Below are positions 26,140 through 39,795 of a DNA stretch of 64,000 nucleotides, piece after piece. The stretch is from the human T2T-CHM13v2.0 reference genome, Homo sapiens. The stretch lies in NCBI RefSeq assembly GCF_009914755.1, contig NC_060936.1; one strand, given 5' to 3'. Each line of letters starts with the position of its first letter. The first letter of the stretch is position 1. Position numbers and translations under genes: made by a program. A model generated the notes under the pieces. The model saw only the letters and a list, made by a program, of their open reading frames with translations, was not told where the DNA came from and did no database searches.

Positions 26140-27300
26140 AAAGAGAATTGATTTAACAAATATTTATTGAATGCATTTCATCTAACACAGGAGCTTTGTA
26201 TTGTGAAAGGCAAATCATGATCCTTTAGGAAGCCATGCCTTATAATTTTGTAAGATGGACAGGCTTATACACAAATGACTATAATCTAATGCAAACTATA
26301 ACATTTTCTATCAGCAATCAATGTTCATGAATCATGACATTTTGTTTATCATTCTATTGCTAGTTCTTCGAATATAGTTTAATACTCAACAAATAATTGA
26401 TGAAAAATGTTAGCAGACCATGGGAGAGAAAGATTAATTTTCATTGGCTTAATCAGGGAAGACTTCAATTTGGACAAGACACTTTATATGCCCCATGGGT
26501 TCAAAGATTATTATCAGTTAAGGAAAGAAAAAATGGACATTTCAAGAAAGAGAGAAGATGGAGCAAAGGAAAATAATTAAAAAGCGTAAGTCATGTTTGG
26601 GAAATGCCTTGAGGTGGGTGATTGGTATCATATATGTTGTGTGGGTTGAAGCATAGTAAGAAATAAAGACTGTAATGGAATGTTGGACCCAAATTGTTGA
26701 GGGATTTTCACACATTAGTTAGGAATTCAAACTTTGTTTTCTATTCAGTTGAGAACTATTGAGTGTTTTGCACAGGAGAGAAATAATCATAGCTGTGTTC
26801 AGGAATATTACCATAGTGTCTCGCTATAGTGTGAGCAAGAGAAGACAAGACAGCATTTGAAACAGAGAGAATTGTCTGAATGTGCTCCACACCAACATGA
26901 GGAATGGATAGAGTAACAGAGAGGCTGAGCAGTCACCTAAAGCAACCTGATACATATATTTTCAAATGAGAGACTGGTAAAATGAACTTAAGATAATCCC
27001 AAAGACTCTTATGGGAATCCAAGTTTCAGCAGCTTAACTGATCAAATGAAAGGCAGGAAAATATAAATGAGATGTTGCTGAGAGTTTGAACAGGTCAGAT
27101 GCTGACATGGTGCTGCTGGGCTGGGTACTGTGGGGCTATTGATGATTTTTCAAAGAATGGTCTCATTGGATTCATGGAGGCAAATTAAGTCCTATATGTT
27201 TTGAAGAATGAATGGGAATGAAGAAACAAAGGGATAGCTAACACAGCATGATCACATAACTGACAGATAGGCATAGGGTCAAGAGTGCCAAGGGAGAAGT
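26140..27300 (-). mobile_element. L2 LINE relic
   Basis: TTTAACAAATATTTATTGAATGC (reverse of the L2 3' end) followed by purine-rich antisense L2 sequence. Confidence 0.6.
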
Positions 27301-30090
27301 CAGTTTTACGAAAGAAGAAAGGTCCAGTGATTAGAATAAAAAGAAAACAAAATGAGAAACTTTGAGAAGAGGGGATCTAAAATGAGAAGGGAAAACAAAG
27401 TGAAAGGAGAAATGATCTACTGAAAATGAGCAGGATCATATAATTAGAGTCTAAAAGACAACAGAAAAGATGACAGTTTTACTTTTTTAAGAAACAGAAT
27501 GTGAGGTATAATCAACCAAGAATAAAAATTAACAAATGATTTAAAACATTCTAAGTGAAACAGGCTGTAGAAGATGGAAAGTTGTGTCTAACCCAGCCTG
27601 TAAGTTTTAAGGAGGACTTTGACAATTTTTGTGATGTTCGTGTTCACATAATAACAGAGCTGGATAGTGGAGAGCTTGCTTTGGTTCCATAACTTGCTTA
27701 ATAACACAAGAATTCCTTCTGATGAAAATGGCAAGCCAAAATTGTCTGCATAGATGATTTTCTACAGCAGTATCTTCCATTATAATGTTGTAGCCATTTC
27801 CCCTATACCTGTCTCAATCCAGCATACTTTCTCCACAGCACAGCTTTTATTTATTGATTGACACTGGAATTCTGGGAACAATATTACACATAGTCACCTT
27901 TAAATTATTTGAACAAGTAGAGAGCTGTTAAATGGATAATACACAATGATGGTCACTTCAAACATTAATTTGTATTTCACATTAGATGTGTTCTTATTTT
28001 TAACCCTGAGTGGGACCATATCATTTTTAAGTCCCATAAAAATCAAATAATAAAATATCACAGTGAAAACTTTTTAAGGGAAGTGAGTATTCAACCATTA
28101 TTATATTCTCCCAGCTGCCAGGGCAGAAATACCAAGCTCAGATGAAAGCCAAGCACAGCAATTTTTTAAAAAATATATTTTCTGGAGCATGGACAGTAGT
28201 TATAGGCTTCAATTACAAAGCAGTTTTCTGCTAGAAATAAAAAGCACTTAAGAAAAAAATAGAGAGTGCTAGATTTTCACATACCAAAAATAATTAAGCC
28301 AAATAAATGTTTATTGTTGAAAAGAAAGATGTCAAGAAAGTACATAAGTAGAATACCATAGGTGATTTCATATGTCAACAGAGGGTAAAAGAATGTTTGC
28401 TATGGACTAGCTACAATGCAGCTAATAGTATTTGAGAAGTATCTGTCTATATATAGGAGTATAAAGCATCTAACTGCAAGCATCTACATATTTCTATGTC
28501 AGATTCGCTTCAAGGGAGATCAATATGTTTTGTTACAAAGGCTATTGTGAACCTGAGCCAAGAAATATGTCAGCCTTGCCCAGGTTGGCAGAAGAACATG
28601 GGCATTTCTTTTTGACAGCAATTAGCAGAACAGAATTAGTCAGCAGTAGTGAATGCACAGATAAAAGCTGAAGAGGCTATTCTCTTTTAGCACATTCTGT
28701 GGCAATTGCCTTTCTGACTCAGGTCAGCTTTTCTTTGAGTCTGGAGAAGGCAAAATTTCAAGTTCAATGCCAATCCGAGAGTAAAGGTGTGAACTTTCTG
28801 ACATAACTTTAAAACTCCCACATATGAAAAACTGTTTCCCCAGTGGGAAAAAAAAGGTATAGTTGTGATTCCATTAGCTATTTATGAAGCACTGGAGTCA
28901 GACACTTGGTAAGTAGGCTTCCCTGAAATTTCTTAAAAGTGGAAACACCCGGGTAACCAGGCAAAGAAAAGATAGAATCCTAGCTTGATTCATTGGTTTC
29001 TTATGTTTATAATTCTAAACAAAAGAAACAAAAACTAATTCATAAGAAATTCTTTTATTATTTGCAAAATAAAACATTAATTAACTGAATTGTAAATTTG
29101 GTCTTATAACAATGCGTTAAGAATTTACCACTTGTACAACAGCCAAAACCACCATAGGGAAAAAAAAAACATTAAAACACACACAGACACACACACACAA
29201 AGCTAAAGGGAGTTGTATCAATGAGCTTAGGCTAAGTTATGTCTCAGTAATAAATGGAGCCAACAACAAGGGTTGATTTCTCATTCACGTTGTATTGCAG
29301 CCTAGTCTTTGTTCCATGTCATCTTCACTTCTGAACAATACAGATTTTTATTACAAATACTTTTTCTGGAGGCAGTCTTCTTAGGTTCAAATCTCAGCTC
29401 TACCACTTACTAGCTATATATACTTGTATGGGATATAGTGTAATGTCAAAATTACCTTTAATTCATTTGATCCAACATGTGTTAGTCCTAGAGGAAAGAG
29501 AGTGTGGCAACAAACAGATGTGGGGGGGAGTACTTAGCTTACCAGAGCTCACAAAAATTGCATGGAAAACATAATGCAACGCAAATAACTATTGTTGTCA
29601 TAATAATAACACCTGTCATGGGAGTTTGAGCAGAGTCTGGAAAGACTTCCCAAAGAAGCTGAAATTGGATCTAGATCTAAAGGAAATAGTAATCCTTCAA
29701 TAGTTTGGAAACGAACAAATAAATGGAGGCCATAGATTGCTTCATAAGATCCTTGCAAACTATGTTAGGAGAATCTGATGATATTCTTAGGCTAATGGGG
29801 AGCAGTGAAGGGTTTTAAGTAGGAAAATAATATAAAGAGATGTATTTTAATTTAATGAGATAACTCTTGCAGTCAGTTGCAATTTTACTGAAGTGGCAAG
29901 ATAACCTAGCTAGGAAGAATAGTTTGGAATCCCTTTCAGGAATCCGGGCAAAAATGTAAGGCAAGAAGGAATCAAACTAGAGATACCTAATTTTACCTAC
30001 CAATTATAAAATTAAGAAGACTCAGTAACTGAATGTATATGGTTATTGAGGAAGAAAAAGGGGCAGAGTGGTGGTTCTCAACAATCTGCA

Positions 30091-30610
30091 CACAGGAATT
30101 GACCCAGATGGCCTTAATAGTCCCCTCAGGTTGACTAAACTTTAAATAGAATTTTTCCTGAAGATGGGTCCCTGATCTCCCTTTTGTTAGGGATTTATTT
30201 CAGAAAACTTACAACTGAATTTTTCTGTCTGTTTGAGAAGTAAGTCTTCTGCAACCCAGGAATGTCTTTCTTAAGGACAGAGGAGCCATCCCTTTGAAAC
30301 TTAATCATCAAGAAAGATAGTTCCCCTCTCTCTTGTCTCTGCAGGAGACGGGGGAGCCTAAATTTAATAAGCACCAACTAGCAAACAAAGAGGGCCTCGT
30401 CCCACAGACCAATCTCTCCCCTAATATCTTCTGGTACTACTTCTCCATCAACTAGCTCACCTCAGTGCTTAGTAATGCTCCTTGCCTTTTGTTTCAGCAA
30501 GTTGAGTTCAGCGTCTCTCTTCTATTGCTATACAATCTATCCCTAATTGCAATAGCCTTAAATACAGTCTTCCTTGCTTGTTTATTGGGTCCATTTCAAT
30601 TTCTTTTGCA
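30091..30610 (+). mobile_element. ERV1 solo LTR (MER67/MER31 family)
   Basis: TTGACTAAACTTTA..CAACCCAGGAATGTCTTTC..GGAGCCATCCCTTTGAAACTTAATCATCAAGAAAGATAG motifs. Confidence 0.7.
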
Positions 30611-30835
30611 GAACCACTTAGAGCTTTAAAAATGTCTCATGTCTTGTACCACCACACCAGATCCTAACTTAATTGCTATTGTGTACAGTTTAGGCAGTGG
30701 GAGCTTTGAAAACTCCACAGGTGATTAAAGCATGTAGCCAGGGCTGAGCACTGAAAAAAAAAATAATTCCAAGGTTTATTGTCTGAGGGACCATGACAGA
30801 AATAAGAACTACGAGAAGAACAATTAAGCATCACA

Positions 30836-32067
30836 TGTGGGAGATGTAGTGGGCATGGCTGATTATCTAACTGAGATCTATTCTCTTCTTCCTATAAAAC
30901 CTGAATTTTGTAAAGATATTCATCTCTTCCTCACAAAACCCGTGTGACTCAGTTTAGATGACTTCAACTCATTACCAAACTTAGAAAGTAGGTTCTGATT
31001 AATTTAAACCAATCTTGGTAATTATATTTCTTCCACTGGAGTGGTTCAGGAAAGGGTGTGTAATCTAATTTTTAACCAATGAGATTTAAGCAGAGTCCTG
31101 CTTGTTCTTTCTGAAATAGAAGCTTTGTTGTTCTAAAGAGCCTTGGTCTAAAATGCTTCCTTGCTTTCTTCAGAACAAGAGAAGCCAGTTCTCTTTTCCT
31201 CCTGTAAATAAACAAGGAAGCCTATGGACCTAATTAGTACAGGCAGCCATTTTATAAACATTCATTCAACAATATTCAACTAATATTGAATAGAGCACTT
31301 ATTATTTCCTAATGACTGTTCTAGGTACTTGAGATATACTAATGAGTAAACCAAGAAGTCTTGCCTTTGCGGAGATTGACTTTAGGAGTAAGAGATTTAG
31401 GAGTAGGAGATTGACATAGGAGTAAGAAAATAATCAGTCAACATAATAAATTGATAAAGTATGTAATAAATCTGAAGGTGACAAGTACCGTGTAAAATAA
31501 AAGGAGAGTGGGGATTGAGAGTGCCCAGGGATAGGTTGTTTAATTAAATTAAGTGGTCAGAATAAAGCTGTGAGATTTGTGCAAAGGCCTGAAGAACACA
31601 ATGGAACTGGGCAAATGGATATGTGATGTGAGGGAAGAGTGTGTTAGGCTCAGGAGACAGAGCAAAGGCCTCAAGCAACAGTGTGGCATGAAGATCACTG
31701 AACCAGGAACAGAGAGTAGGGGAGAGGGAGCAGAGGGAGACAAGGTGAGAGAGTCAAGGGGATGTTAAGTGTCACAAAGGTGTTGCATCCATCCTACGTA
31801 CTGTGGCTTTAATTTTAATTGCCAGATCTTGATTTAGGATTCAGTAGGGGGCTGCAGCCAGCACAGCAGGGAAACAAATAACAATAACAAAAAATAACAA
31901 CAAAAAAGAACCTGGGTCTTTGATGGAAGAGTGAGCTGCTAGAGCAACCAAGTTTGAAGCCTGCCTTCCTTCTGGATTTCCTGTTTAATGAAATAATGAA
32001 TTTCCTCATTGTTTAAGCCAGAGTTAAATTTCTATTGCTTGAAATTGAACCTAGCCTATCTAAAAAA
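30836..32067 (+). mobile_element. Old MLT1 (J/K/L-like) LTR split by an antisense L2 (about 31261-31815)
   Basis: MLT1 5' part ends GGCAGCCATTTT; the 3' part resumes at GGGTCTTTGATG..AATTTCCTCATTGTTTAAGCCA; the insert begins ATTCATTCAACAA. Confidence 0.6.
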
Positions 32068-33139
32068 CAGTTTAGCTTGAATTTGAGAGATAAAAATGAT
32101 TTTTATTTGATCATTTTGATTCACAAAGAGCAACAAGAAATATCTTAAATCACTTGAAGAAAAACTATGTTAAGCATAAGAAAGAACTATTTGATTAGTG
32201 AAGCTGGTACAAGAGTGTGTTGAATTTCATTCATGAAGAATAATATTATTTTATTTTTCAATAAACTATATGTTCACTTGCTCAGAGAAAGAAGGTAGAG
32301 TCATAGGTAAGTTTTGGGGCCTTTGATAATTATGTTAACTTAAAATCTTAGTTACTGAGATTAGTAGAGGGGATGACAACAACCTAAAAATATACGATCT
32401 TCTAATATTGAAAATGAAAATGATGTAGATTTCTTCTGGGCAATTCTTAAAATAGGATAGATTTCTCTTTGTAATGATAACTCTTTGATAGTTATTTCAG
32501 CAAATATTTGCGGAGTACTCAAAAGCAGAGGCTTACTTGAGGGATTAAATGATAGAGTGAAAGTCAATATATGCTGCTTGTCAACTTATAGTTATTATTT
32601 CATTAATCCTTCATGAATATATTCAAACCACATATATTCATCTCCTATTATGTAGCTGAGTTGTTTGATTGTAGATAACAGGAAGAAGGCAGGAAGGTGA
32701 AATCAAGGAAAAACTTACCTATCTGTAGATTTGGCATTAGTATGTTAATGTGGTTAGAGGAGATAATGCATATAAAGCATACAACATCAGAGTTTAATGA
32801 AAAGTTGTTATTAGAATTGTTGATCATTCTTAATGTGCCTTTGTGGTATATAGTAAGTAATGTCACCATTACTCTAGAATTCTGGCTTTTGTACCAGAGA
32901 ATTTAGGACTTTCCAGGAATTAGAAAATATACTCCACTATTTCAGAGGATTTCTAGTGGGATGATTAACCCATAAAACCTGGTGTAGCTGAAAAAAAAGT
33001 TTGTGATTAGACCATATTGGTCATTAGGACAAATTTAGGCCTAGCACCATAATTTTGAGACCTTAGGCAAGTCTCTTAATCATTCTGAAACTGAATTTCC
33101 CTTATTTTTTTTTAAAGACATAAATAAGTATTGCAAGGA

Positions 33140-33880
33140 AAAACAGTATGGAAATGTTTCAAATAATTAAAAATAGAACTACCATTTGACATGGCAATTC
33201 CATCACTGGGTATCTATCCAAAGGAAATCATTTTATCAAAGAGACATGTGCACTTGTATGTTTATTGCCACACTATTCACAATAGCAAAGTCATAGAATC
33301 AACCTAAGTGTCCATTAACAGTTGATTGGATAAAGAAAATGTAACATGTTTATATATATGGAATACTATGCAGCCGTATTATATATATATGGAATACTAT
33401 ATATAGTGTATATGTATAAAATACTATATATATAGCATATATATATATAATACTATATATATTATATGGCTGTACATTCCGTATATATAAAATGGCTAAT
33501 ATGGAAACTATTATTTATATATATAAATTATATATATGGGATACTACACAGCCATAAAATATGAAATTATGTTTTTGGAGCAACCCGAATGGAGCTGGAA
33601 GCCGTTATCCCAAGTGAAATAACTCAGAAAGTCAAATACCACATATTCTCAAATGTAAGTGGAAGCCAAACAGTGAGTATACATGGACACAAGGATGGAA
33701 ATAATAGACTCCAAAAGTGAGAGAAATGGAGGAGGATGAGGATGGAAAAAACTACCTTATTGCAAACTATGTTCACTATTTGGGTGATAGGTTAGCTAGA
33801 AGCCCAAGCCTCACCATTATGCAACATTCCCATGTAACAGACTTGTACATGTACCCCAGGAACCTAAAATTTAAAAAAAC
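33140..33880 (+). mobile_element. L1 3' end (L1MA/L1PB-like) with an internal TA-rich expansion
   Basis: AAAATAGAACTACCATTTGAC..GGGTATCTATCCAAAGGAA..CAACCTAAGTGTCCA..ACCCCAGGAACCTAAAATTTAAAAAAA. Confidence 0.85.
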
Positions 33881-34100
33881 CTCCCAGCCTCTGGTAACCA
33901 TCTTTCTACTCTTTATGTCCATGAGTTCAATTGTTTTGATTTTTAGATCCCACGTATAACTGAGAACTGATCCCACAAGTAACTGATGCGATGTTTGTCT
34001 TTCTGTGTTTGGCTTATTTCACTTAATGATCTCCAGTTCCATCCATGCTGTTGCAAATGATGATCTCATTTTTTTAAATGGTTGAATAGTACTACATTGT
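33881..34100 (-). mobile_element. Antisense L1MA 3' UTR fragment
   Basis: CCCAGCCTCTGGTAACCATC..GGCTTATTTCACTTAATGATCTCCAGTTCCATCCATGCTGTTGCAAATGA. Confidence 0.8.
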
Positions 34101-35304
34101 AAGGAAATACATAGGAAAAAGTATTTCATAGGATCCTTATAAGTAAGATGATATTATTAAAGGTAACCTGTAAGCTGGAAATGAGCATTATATAGATGAG
34201 GTGCTATTTAGCCTGGCATATATTATCTTTTACCTTGTATAATTAGTTTGCTAAGAATTCTCAACTAATCTCTAGTTTGAACTGTGATGCTGGCTGCTTG
34301 CATGGTGAAGATGGAGAGTACTCTCTTTTGAAGGCATACCTCCTTTAGTGGATGGAGCCAGGATGAGACCAGGAGTGACAGAGTGACATTTTCTGATGTG
34401 AGCTAGCCGTACATTGCTGCTAGAGGATGGCTCTGGTCTTCTCTAGTTCTTTCTGGCTCTATGTGGTGCTGGTGACCTTTGCAGTTATGTGTATGGTTGT
34501 TTAGGACAGTGTTCAAATTGACCTGGTGCTCCTGATGAAAGATCTTCTTAGAAAATTATGTTAGCCTTTAATCTTGACTGCAGCACCAAATCCTTACAGG
34601 GAATGGTATCTCCTCTCATGATCTGTCATCGATGTTACAGCTCTATGGATTCATTTCTTCTTCTAATCCCCTTTCTCCTATATGTGAAGCCATAGGAATT
34701 GGCTTTGTACCCTCTCCAGGGGCTATGGATAACTGGGATAGAGGTACCCTATTCTTCCCCAACCGCCTCTAGCTCCCCCCGGGGAATTCTATACTACAGC
34801 TCTTTGTTATTCTGGTTCTGGGGCTTTTCCAACAAGCTGCTTACTTCAGGAATCTCCAGTTGAGAAGTAAACATCAGTTTTTATGTTTAGAAAAAAGCTC
34901 CACGCTTTCACAACACTGTAAACTCTTCCACACCCTCCCTACATGGAAGGCAGCAAGTACCGAGGTTGCTGAATTGCAAAAGCCTCCAATGTCTCCTTCC
35001 CATGTGCACCTCCAATGTCTTCAGTTAATTCTTGTGAAGTCCCATCTCTCTTCATATGCTTGGAGATAAATTGTGCTCAAGTCCATAGGGTTGGTTCTGT
35101 TATTTTGCAATATGTTTAAGGGAAAATATCTGGAGTTTTGGGACAATAGTTAAATCTGGTGTAACCACCACTTAGGAATAATAATAATAAAAATGTTGCT
35201 CTGTTGCTTAGTAGTTACCATGCTGGACTTTAAAAAAATGATATTCATATAATGTCTATCACAGAGCAAGGACTCAATAAGGTTTTGCTAATTGTGGAAA
35301 GTAC

Positions 35305-35772
35305 TGTATCAGTTAGCATTCTCCAGAGAGACAGACAGACAGAGAGAGAGAGATTTTAAATAAAGAACTGGCTCATATCTCACATGACTGTGGGATCTGG
35401 CAAGTCTAAAACATGTAGGGCAGGTTGACAGAAAGTCTAGAAATTCAGGTGAGTGTTGATGTTACAGTCTTGAGTCTGATATTCAAAGATATCTGACCAG
35501 CAGGCTAGAAACTCAGTCAGGATTTCCATATTATAGTCTTGAGGGAGAATTTCTTCTTCTCCAGGGAACCTCAGTTTTTGTTCTTAAAGCATTCAGCTGA
35601 TTGGATAAAGCCCTTTACATTATGGAGGGTAACCTGCTTTATTTAAAATCAACTGATTGTAAATAGTAATCACATCTACAAAATACCTTCACAGCAATAT
35701 CTAGACTAGGATCTGGCCAAACAACTGAGCACCATAGACTAACCAAGTTGATACAGAAAATTAACAACCACC
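35305..35772 (-). mobile_element. MLT2 (HERV-L) solo LTR
   Basis: TGTATCAGTTAGCATTCTCCAGAGAGACAGA..CTGATTGGATAAAGCCC..CACATCTACAAAATACCTTCACAGCAA..AAAATTAACAACCAC; flanks AGTAC/TGTAC. Confidence 0.88.
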
Positions 35773-36196
35773 TGTACTGTATAATTCATAATATGCATCA
35801 TAGATCTTATTTAATTTTACACTTAAGACACCTAGTTTTGCTCCATCTAGTTTTCATAGTAACTATAAGAAATGGAACTTCTTCCTTTTCTTCACTATTG
35901 TACATATGAGGAACTTGATAAGAGAGTAAGTGCCCGAAATCACACAAGCAGATAATGACAAAGTGGGACTTGAACTCAGGTCTTCTGACTTCAGAGCCCA
36001 TATTTTCTCCCTTGTCATCAGTGTCTGTCAATAAATATTTCATGATTGATTTGTTGATGATCAATTTGTACAAGAGCACCAAAAAAACCCATAAAATTAA
36101 AAAGAAATAAAATGGTTAAATTAGTAGAAAATCTATGGCTACTGAGAGGAAAGGGAGAAAAAGAAATTCCATTGGCTAGGAAACTACTTGGCTTTA

Positions 36197-36644
<448 letters not shown>

Positions 36645-37616
36645 TTAATTTCTCAGTACATAGGAAATCTAAACTTCAACAACTAAGTTTGCTTCCCCTG
36701 AGGAAAAATCTTATTGAAATTTATTTTCTCTTTCCCCCCACCAAATCCTTATTATTAGTAGGAGTCAAATATAAAAAAGCTTGTCCTTTAAAAAAAATTT
36801 TAGATTAATGCTTGCCCACCATAACTGCTTTCATTTTTGTTGCTGTTGGTATCCGTAAGAGTTTCAGATTGTGCTGTCCCCTGTGCTCGCAGCTTGTCAG
36901 GAGGAAGCGGAGCTGCTGACACGGGCCTGTTAGAGTGGTAACAAGGCAGGTGTGCCAACAAGACATCAGCTGGCAAAGATGGCTAATCATGCCCTCACTG
37001 TTACTGCACAAGAACAAAAAAGCCCGTACATGAGAGCATCAATCATTGTGATTGTCTCATGTTCCAAAAACTGGAAACAAATGACCTGTTAGGCAGACTT
37101 CCAGATTCTGGCCTCCTCAGCTGTCCCTAAATCACTGCTCATTTTAAGAGGAGAGTGAAGAAAATGTCCCTGGTTGCTCATTTTAAAAAGGAAAACACCA
37201 GTGTTTCATGTTTCAGGTGATTGTTTCAGTACCTTCACAAATGAATCTCTTGACATTCTTTGTAGAAAAATGAGAACAAGATGAACACAAAAAAATGACC
37301 AATGCTTAACTATTAATAAGGACTAACACATCCCAGGGTTTCAAATGGTGTAATGGGATAACTTGATGCTCTACACTAAGTCCTCAACATACAGTCAGTT
37401 CCTTTTCAAATCTTTCAAGAACTTTCTTAACAATGACAGGTGATTTTGTGTAGTAGGTGAGTTTTGCTCACTTTGAGTCACAAAGAAATTAGTTTCTTTG
37501 ATTTAGAAAAGTGTTAAAGACATCAAATGCTTAAGATACCAAGGATTTCTGGCTAAATAAATGAAATGCTAATACATTTCTCAAGATCTTTGTTAAACTA
37601 GAATCTTCTTTTTCTA

Positions 37617-38280
37617 GGGAACACTTTTACACGGCTGGTGGGAATGTAAACCAGTACAACCAGTACGGAGATTCCTTAAATAACTAAAAGTAGAACCACC
37701 GTCTGATCCAGCAATCTTGCTACTGAGTATCTACCCAGAAAAAGAGAAGTCTTTATATGAAAAAGATGCTTGCACACGCATGTTTATAGCAGCACAATTC
37801 ACAATTGCAAAATTATGGAGTCAGTGTAAATGCCCATTAACCAATGAGTGGATAAAGAAAATGTGGTGTATATATAGACATACATATATGTCTATATATA
37901 TACCTACTCATGTGGCCTTCATGGGCATATATATATATGGATATATTACTCAGCCATAAAAAGGAATGAAATAATGGCATTTGCAGCAACCTGGATGGAG
38001 TTGGAGATCATTATTCTAAGTGGACTAACCCAGAAATGGAAAATCAAACATCATATGTTCTCACTTGATGGATGACACAAAGATATAAGAATGATATACT
38101 GAATTATGGGGACTTGGGGGCAAAGATGAGAGGGGAGTGAGGGATAAAAGACTACACACTGGGTGCAGCATACACTGCTCAGGTGATGGGTGCACCAAAA
38201 TCTCAGAAATCACCACTAAATAACTTATCCATGTAACCAAACATCACCTGTTCCCCCAAAACTATTGAAATAATAATAAA
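37617..38280 (+). mobile_element. 5'-truncated L1PB-type LINE
   Basis: ORF2 C-terminus CTRMFIAAQFTIAKLW..CP.TNEWIKKMW (37717-37959); L1PB-like 3' UTR; TSD AGAATCTT(C/T)TTTTTCT at 37600 and 38281. Confidence 0.9.
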
Positions 38281-38785
38281 AGAATCTTTTTTCTTTTCTT
38301 TTTTTTTTTTCTGATTCTTTAGTTAAGACAGCAAAATAGGTGATTTGTTGTATACTTGTTACACTTGGCCACCACTGAACACAGAAACAGCCAGAACATC
38401 GCAGGTCCAAGGCAAAGGACTGACAGGGACTGTTTGGGTATGAGCAAGGTAGGTCTCTCAGAGATGGTCTCAGCAACCAGATGGTGAGGAAAATTCTAGA
38501 TCCATTGAGAGACAAGTTCTAGCAAGTAGCATGCAGCCCATCAACTTGTAACAGCATCTCCAACCTCTGGCATTCCATGTTTCTGCTCCTGTGGTTTTCA
38601 TGGGCACACAAGCTAAGCAGTTTACTGGACCTTTGTCTCACTTTTCTTCTTTTGCACTGCTTCTTTCCATGCATTTGCTTCTTCCTCCAGTTGGCTCTCA
38701 TGGCACAGAGGTTTCCAAGAAGATGATGCTAATGCCAGGAGTTGGAATATTCTTGTGTCGAATTATCTTTCAAATACAACTGGAG

Positions 38786-39082
38786 GGTGGTGCCTGTAAT
38801 CTCAGCACTTTGGGAGGCCGAGGTAGGTGGATCACTTGAGGGCAGGAGTTTGAGACCAGCCTGGCCAACATGGTGAAACCCCATCTCTGCTAAAAATACA
38901 AAAATACCAAAAAAAAAAAAAAAAAAAAAAAAAAAGCCAGGCTTCTGTAGTCCCAGGTATTCAGAAGTCTGAGGCAGGAGAATAGCTTGAACGTGGGAGG
39001 CAGAGGTTACAGTCAGCCGAGATCACCTCACTGCACTCTAGCCTGGGCAACAGAGTGAAACTCCATCTCAAAAAGGAAAAAA
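38786..39082 (+). mobile_element. AluS-like element with expanded central A27 tract
   Basis: Alu dimer; TSD AAATACAA(C/T)TGGAG at 38772-38785 and 39083-39096. Confidence 0.94.
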
Positions 39083-39754
39083 AAATACAATTGGAGCCTC
39101 ACAGAGATCCTCATAAAAAGAATTTGTTAGCAGAGATTGGACATTGCAGTTGCACTTGACTGTATTTCTGAAACCCTGGGTTTTAATATCAGATCTGCTA
39201 TAGGTTATGTGTGATCCTGCAGTGACGTTATAATTCAAGGAGGTCAGTTCTCTCATTTGTAAAGAGAGAAGATCCCCTAGCTCTCTAGAATTATCTGATA
39301 AAATGTATTTAATTTGAAACAGCACATAACACAAATTCTCTGCAATAATTTTAACACAGAGCCCTACATAATCTTTTTTGGTATTGTTCAAGCCATTGAG
39401 ATATTAATTAACAATTATTTTTAACAACAGAGATAGTTAAAGCTAGAGAGATACTGTAGTTTGCTAATCTGCTTCTTTCATAAATGAATTAAAGTCTTGA
39501 AAAGAGTTTAATGGCTTTGGCATGATACAAAACTAGTATTAGGTCCCAACTTTCTCATGTATTAGCTGTGGGATCTTTAGCAAATTATTACCAGTTAAGA
39601 TTTTTAGTTTTATAACTTTTAAAAGTGGTGTTAACCAGTTTTATAGGATTGCTGTGATAATTATATAAGGTCTTGAATCAAAAGCATAAAAATAAGCATA
39701 ATTATTATCCATAATCTCTTCTCTTTATCCTACACATCTACACGTAAAAACTTC

Positions 39755-39795
39755 ACTACCTCTGTAACTACCTCTGTAACTTAACTACCTCTGTA
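39755..39795. repeat. 3 x ACTACCTCTGTA micro-tandem repeat
   Basis: Identical copies at 39755, 39767 and 39784. Confidence 0.9.
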
